NCBI GenBank assembly: GCA_050084515.1
Contig: CM114271.1
Location: 23,870,001-23,934,000 of the forward strand
DNA: 64,000 bases
Source: Blasia pusilla
Lineage: Eukaryota
Direction of reading: 5' to 3'
Under the pieces are notes generated by a model that did no database searches, was not told the origin of the DNA, and saw only the letters and a list, made by a program, of their open reading frames with translations. Of this stretch, positions 63,187 through 64,000 are shown one piece after another (the stretch's first letter is position 1; each line of letters opens with the position of its first letter). The translations under genes were made by a program, and so were the position numbers.

Positions 63187-64000
63187 GGTATTCGAGTGTT
63201 AGATCTCTTTGGAGGGATTAGCACGGGTTAGTGCTTGTTTTGCAGCGGGAGTGCGAAAGTCTGGAAGATACTTGTATGTGGAGAGTGATGATGTTGCAGG
63301 CGTCTCACTACGACATGTGGCGCAATTACGCCACGTTTTCGACTTATTATGCGTCCAGCGATGGGTACCGAGTTCCCTATCGAGGATATTTAGTTGTTGG
63401 GGCGCAGGACTAGAGCGGGTAGGGACCATTGATTTGGTCATTGCCGGTTGGCCATGTCAGGGCCAATCGAGTGCTGGACGAGGCAGCGGGTTGGCTGACA
63501 CTCGGTCCAGGTTGTTTTGGGAGATGTTGAGGATCTTACTTTACAAAGAGAGAATCTTACGGCGATTGCAGGAGCACCAATCTCGTTCCCAGCCTACATT
63601 CTAGAGAATGTGCCGATCTTAGGAGACTCCAGGTCACGGGTCGTGACGAGTGCTCATCAGGTGCGTGCCTGGATCGGCCCAACAGTGTTCTTGGATGCGG
63701 CGAGTGTAGGTTCTAGAGCCCATCGCCCGCGTCTATGGTGGACCAACTTGGTGCCCCATGCGGTGTTATGGAGGGCGATGCAGAGTGGAGCGCCCCCCCT
63801 TTGTTAGTGGATTCCATTTCGATCCGGTCGCCGATCACGGCAAAGTGAGGCACGATGATCGACCACCGCCGACGTAGGGTCAATAGGTAGGGTAGGCCGC
63901 GGGCGAGCGCCTTGCCCACGTTTGTGAGTTTTCCCGCTTCCTATGCATACAAGCAGGCCGGTCCTGGCTTGATTTGGGATGACCAGGTTCAGCGGTTGGT
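63187..64000 (+). pseudogene. Copy D DNMT3-like methyltransferase domain (motifs I, IV, VI, VIII retained; small indels)
   Basis: GIRVLDLFGGIST, YLYVESDD, IDLVIAGWPCQGQSSAG, YILENV, FLDAASVGSRAHRPRLWWTNL. Confidence 0.9.

Larger units (their letters stand above)
58137..64000 (+). mobile_element. Copy D: DNMT3 split-repeat retrotransposon, 5' part (runs off the window end)
   Basis: Starts TGTCACGTCTTTT; A1 to ~58648; ~1.6-kb leader; gag from ~60270; protease ~62480-62800; DNMT from 63187. Left flank GCAC. Confidence 0.92.

Overview
Eukaryotic, transposon-rich window from a non-flowering green plant. It contains a flavodiiron gene, a family angiosperms lack, so a bryophyte, lycophyte, fern or similar host is likely. 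The only clear host gene is a 17-exon, minus-strand chloroplast flavodiiron protein of the FLVA/Flv1 type (18879-27576). Most of the rest is nested retroelements. The dominant family has four copies: A 4981-14239 (-), B 36208-55970 (+), C 44717-54953 (+, nested in B) and D 58137->64000 (+). It is a Ty3/Gypsy-like element (gag, protease, RT, RNase H, DDE integrase) with three unusual traits. (1) A DNMT3-type C5 cytosine methyltransferase domain lies between protease and RT. (2) A PHD finger follows the integrase. (3) There are no ordinary LTRs; the ends are split direct repeats (A...B-A-B) with TG..CA termini, 4-bp target-site duplications (TSDs) and no recognisable tRNA primer site. All copies appear decayed as assembled. 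Also present: a full-length decayed Copia with a 5-bp TSD, a second conventional Gypsy family (one LTR+PBS+gag remnant, two solo LTRs, one fragment), an RLE-type non-LTR retrotransposon remnant, a hAT MITE, small Helitron-like elements and several fold-back duplication scars. Coordinates were read by eye; internal domain boundaries are approximate.
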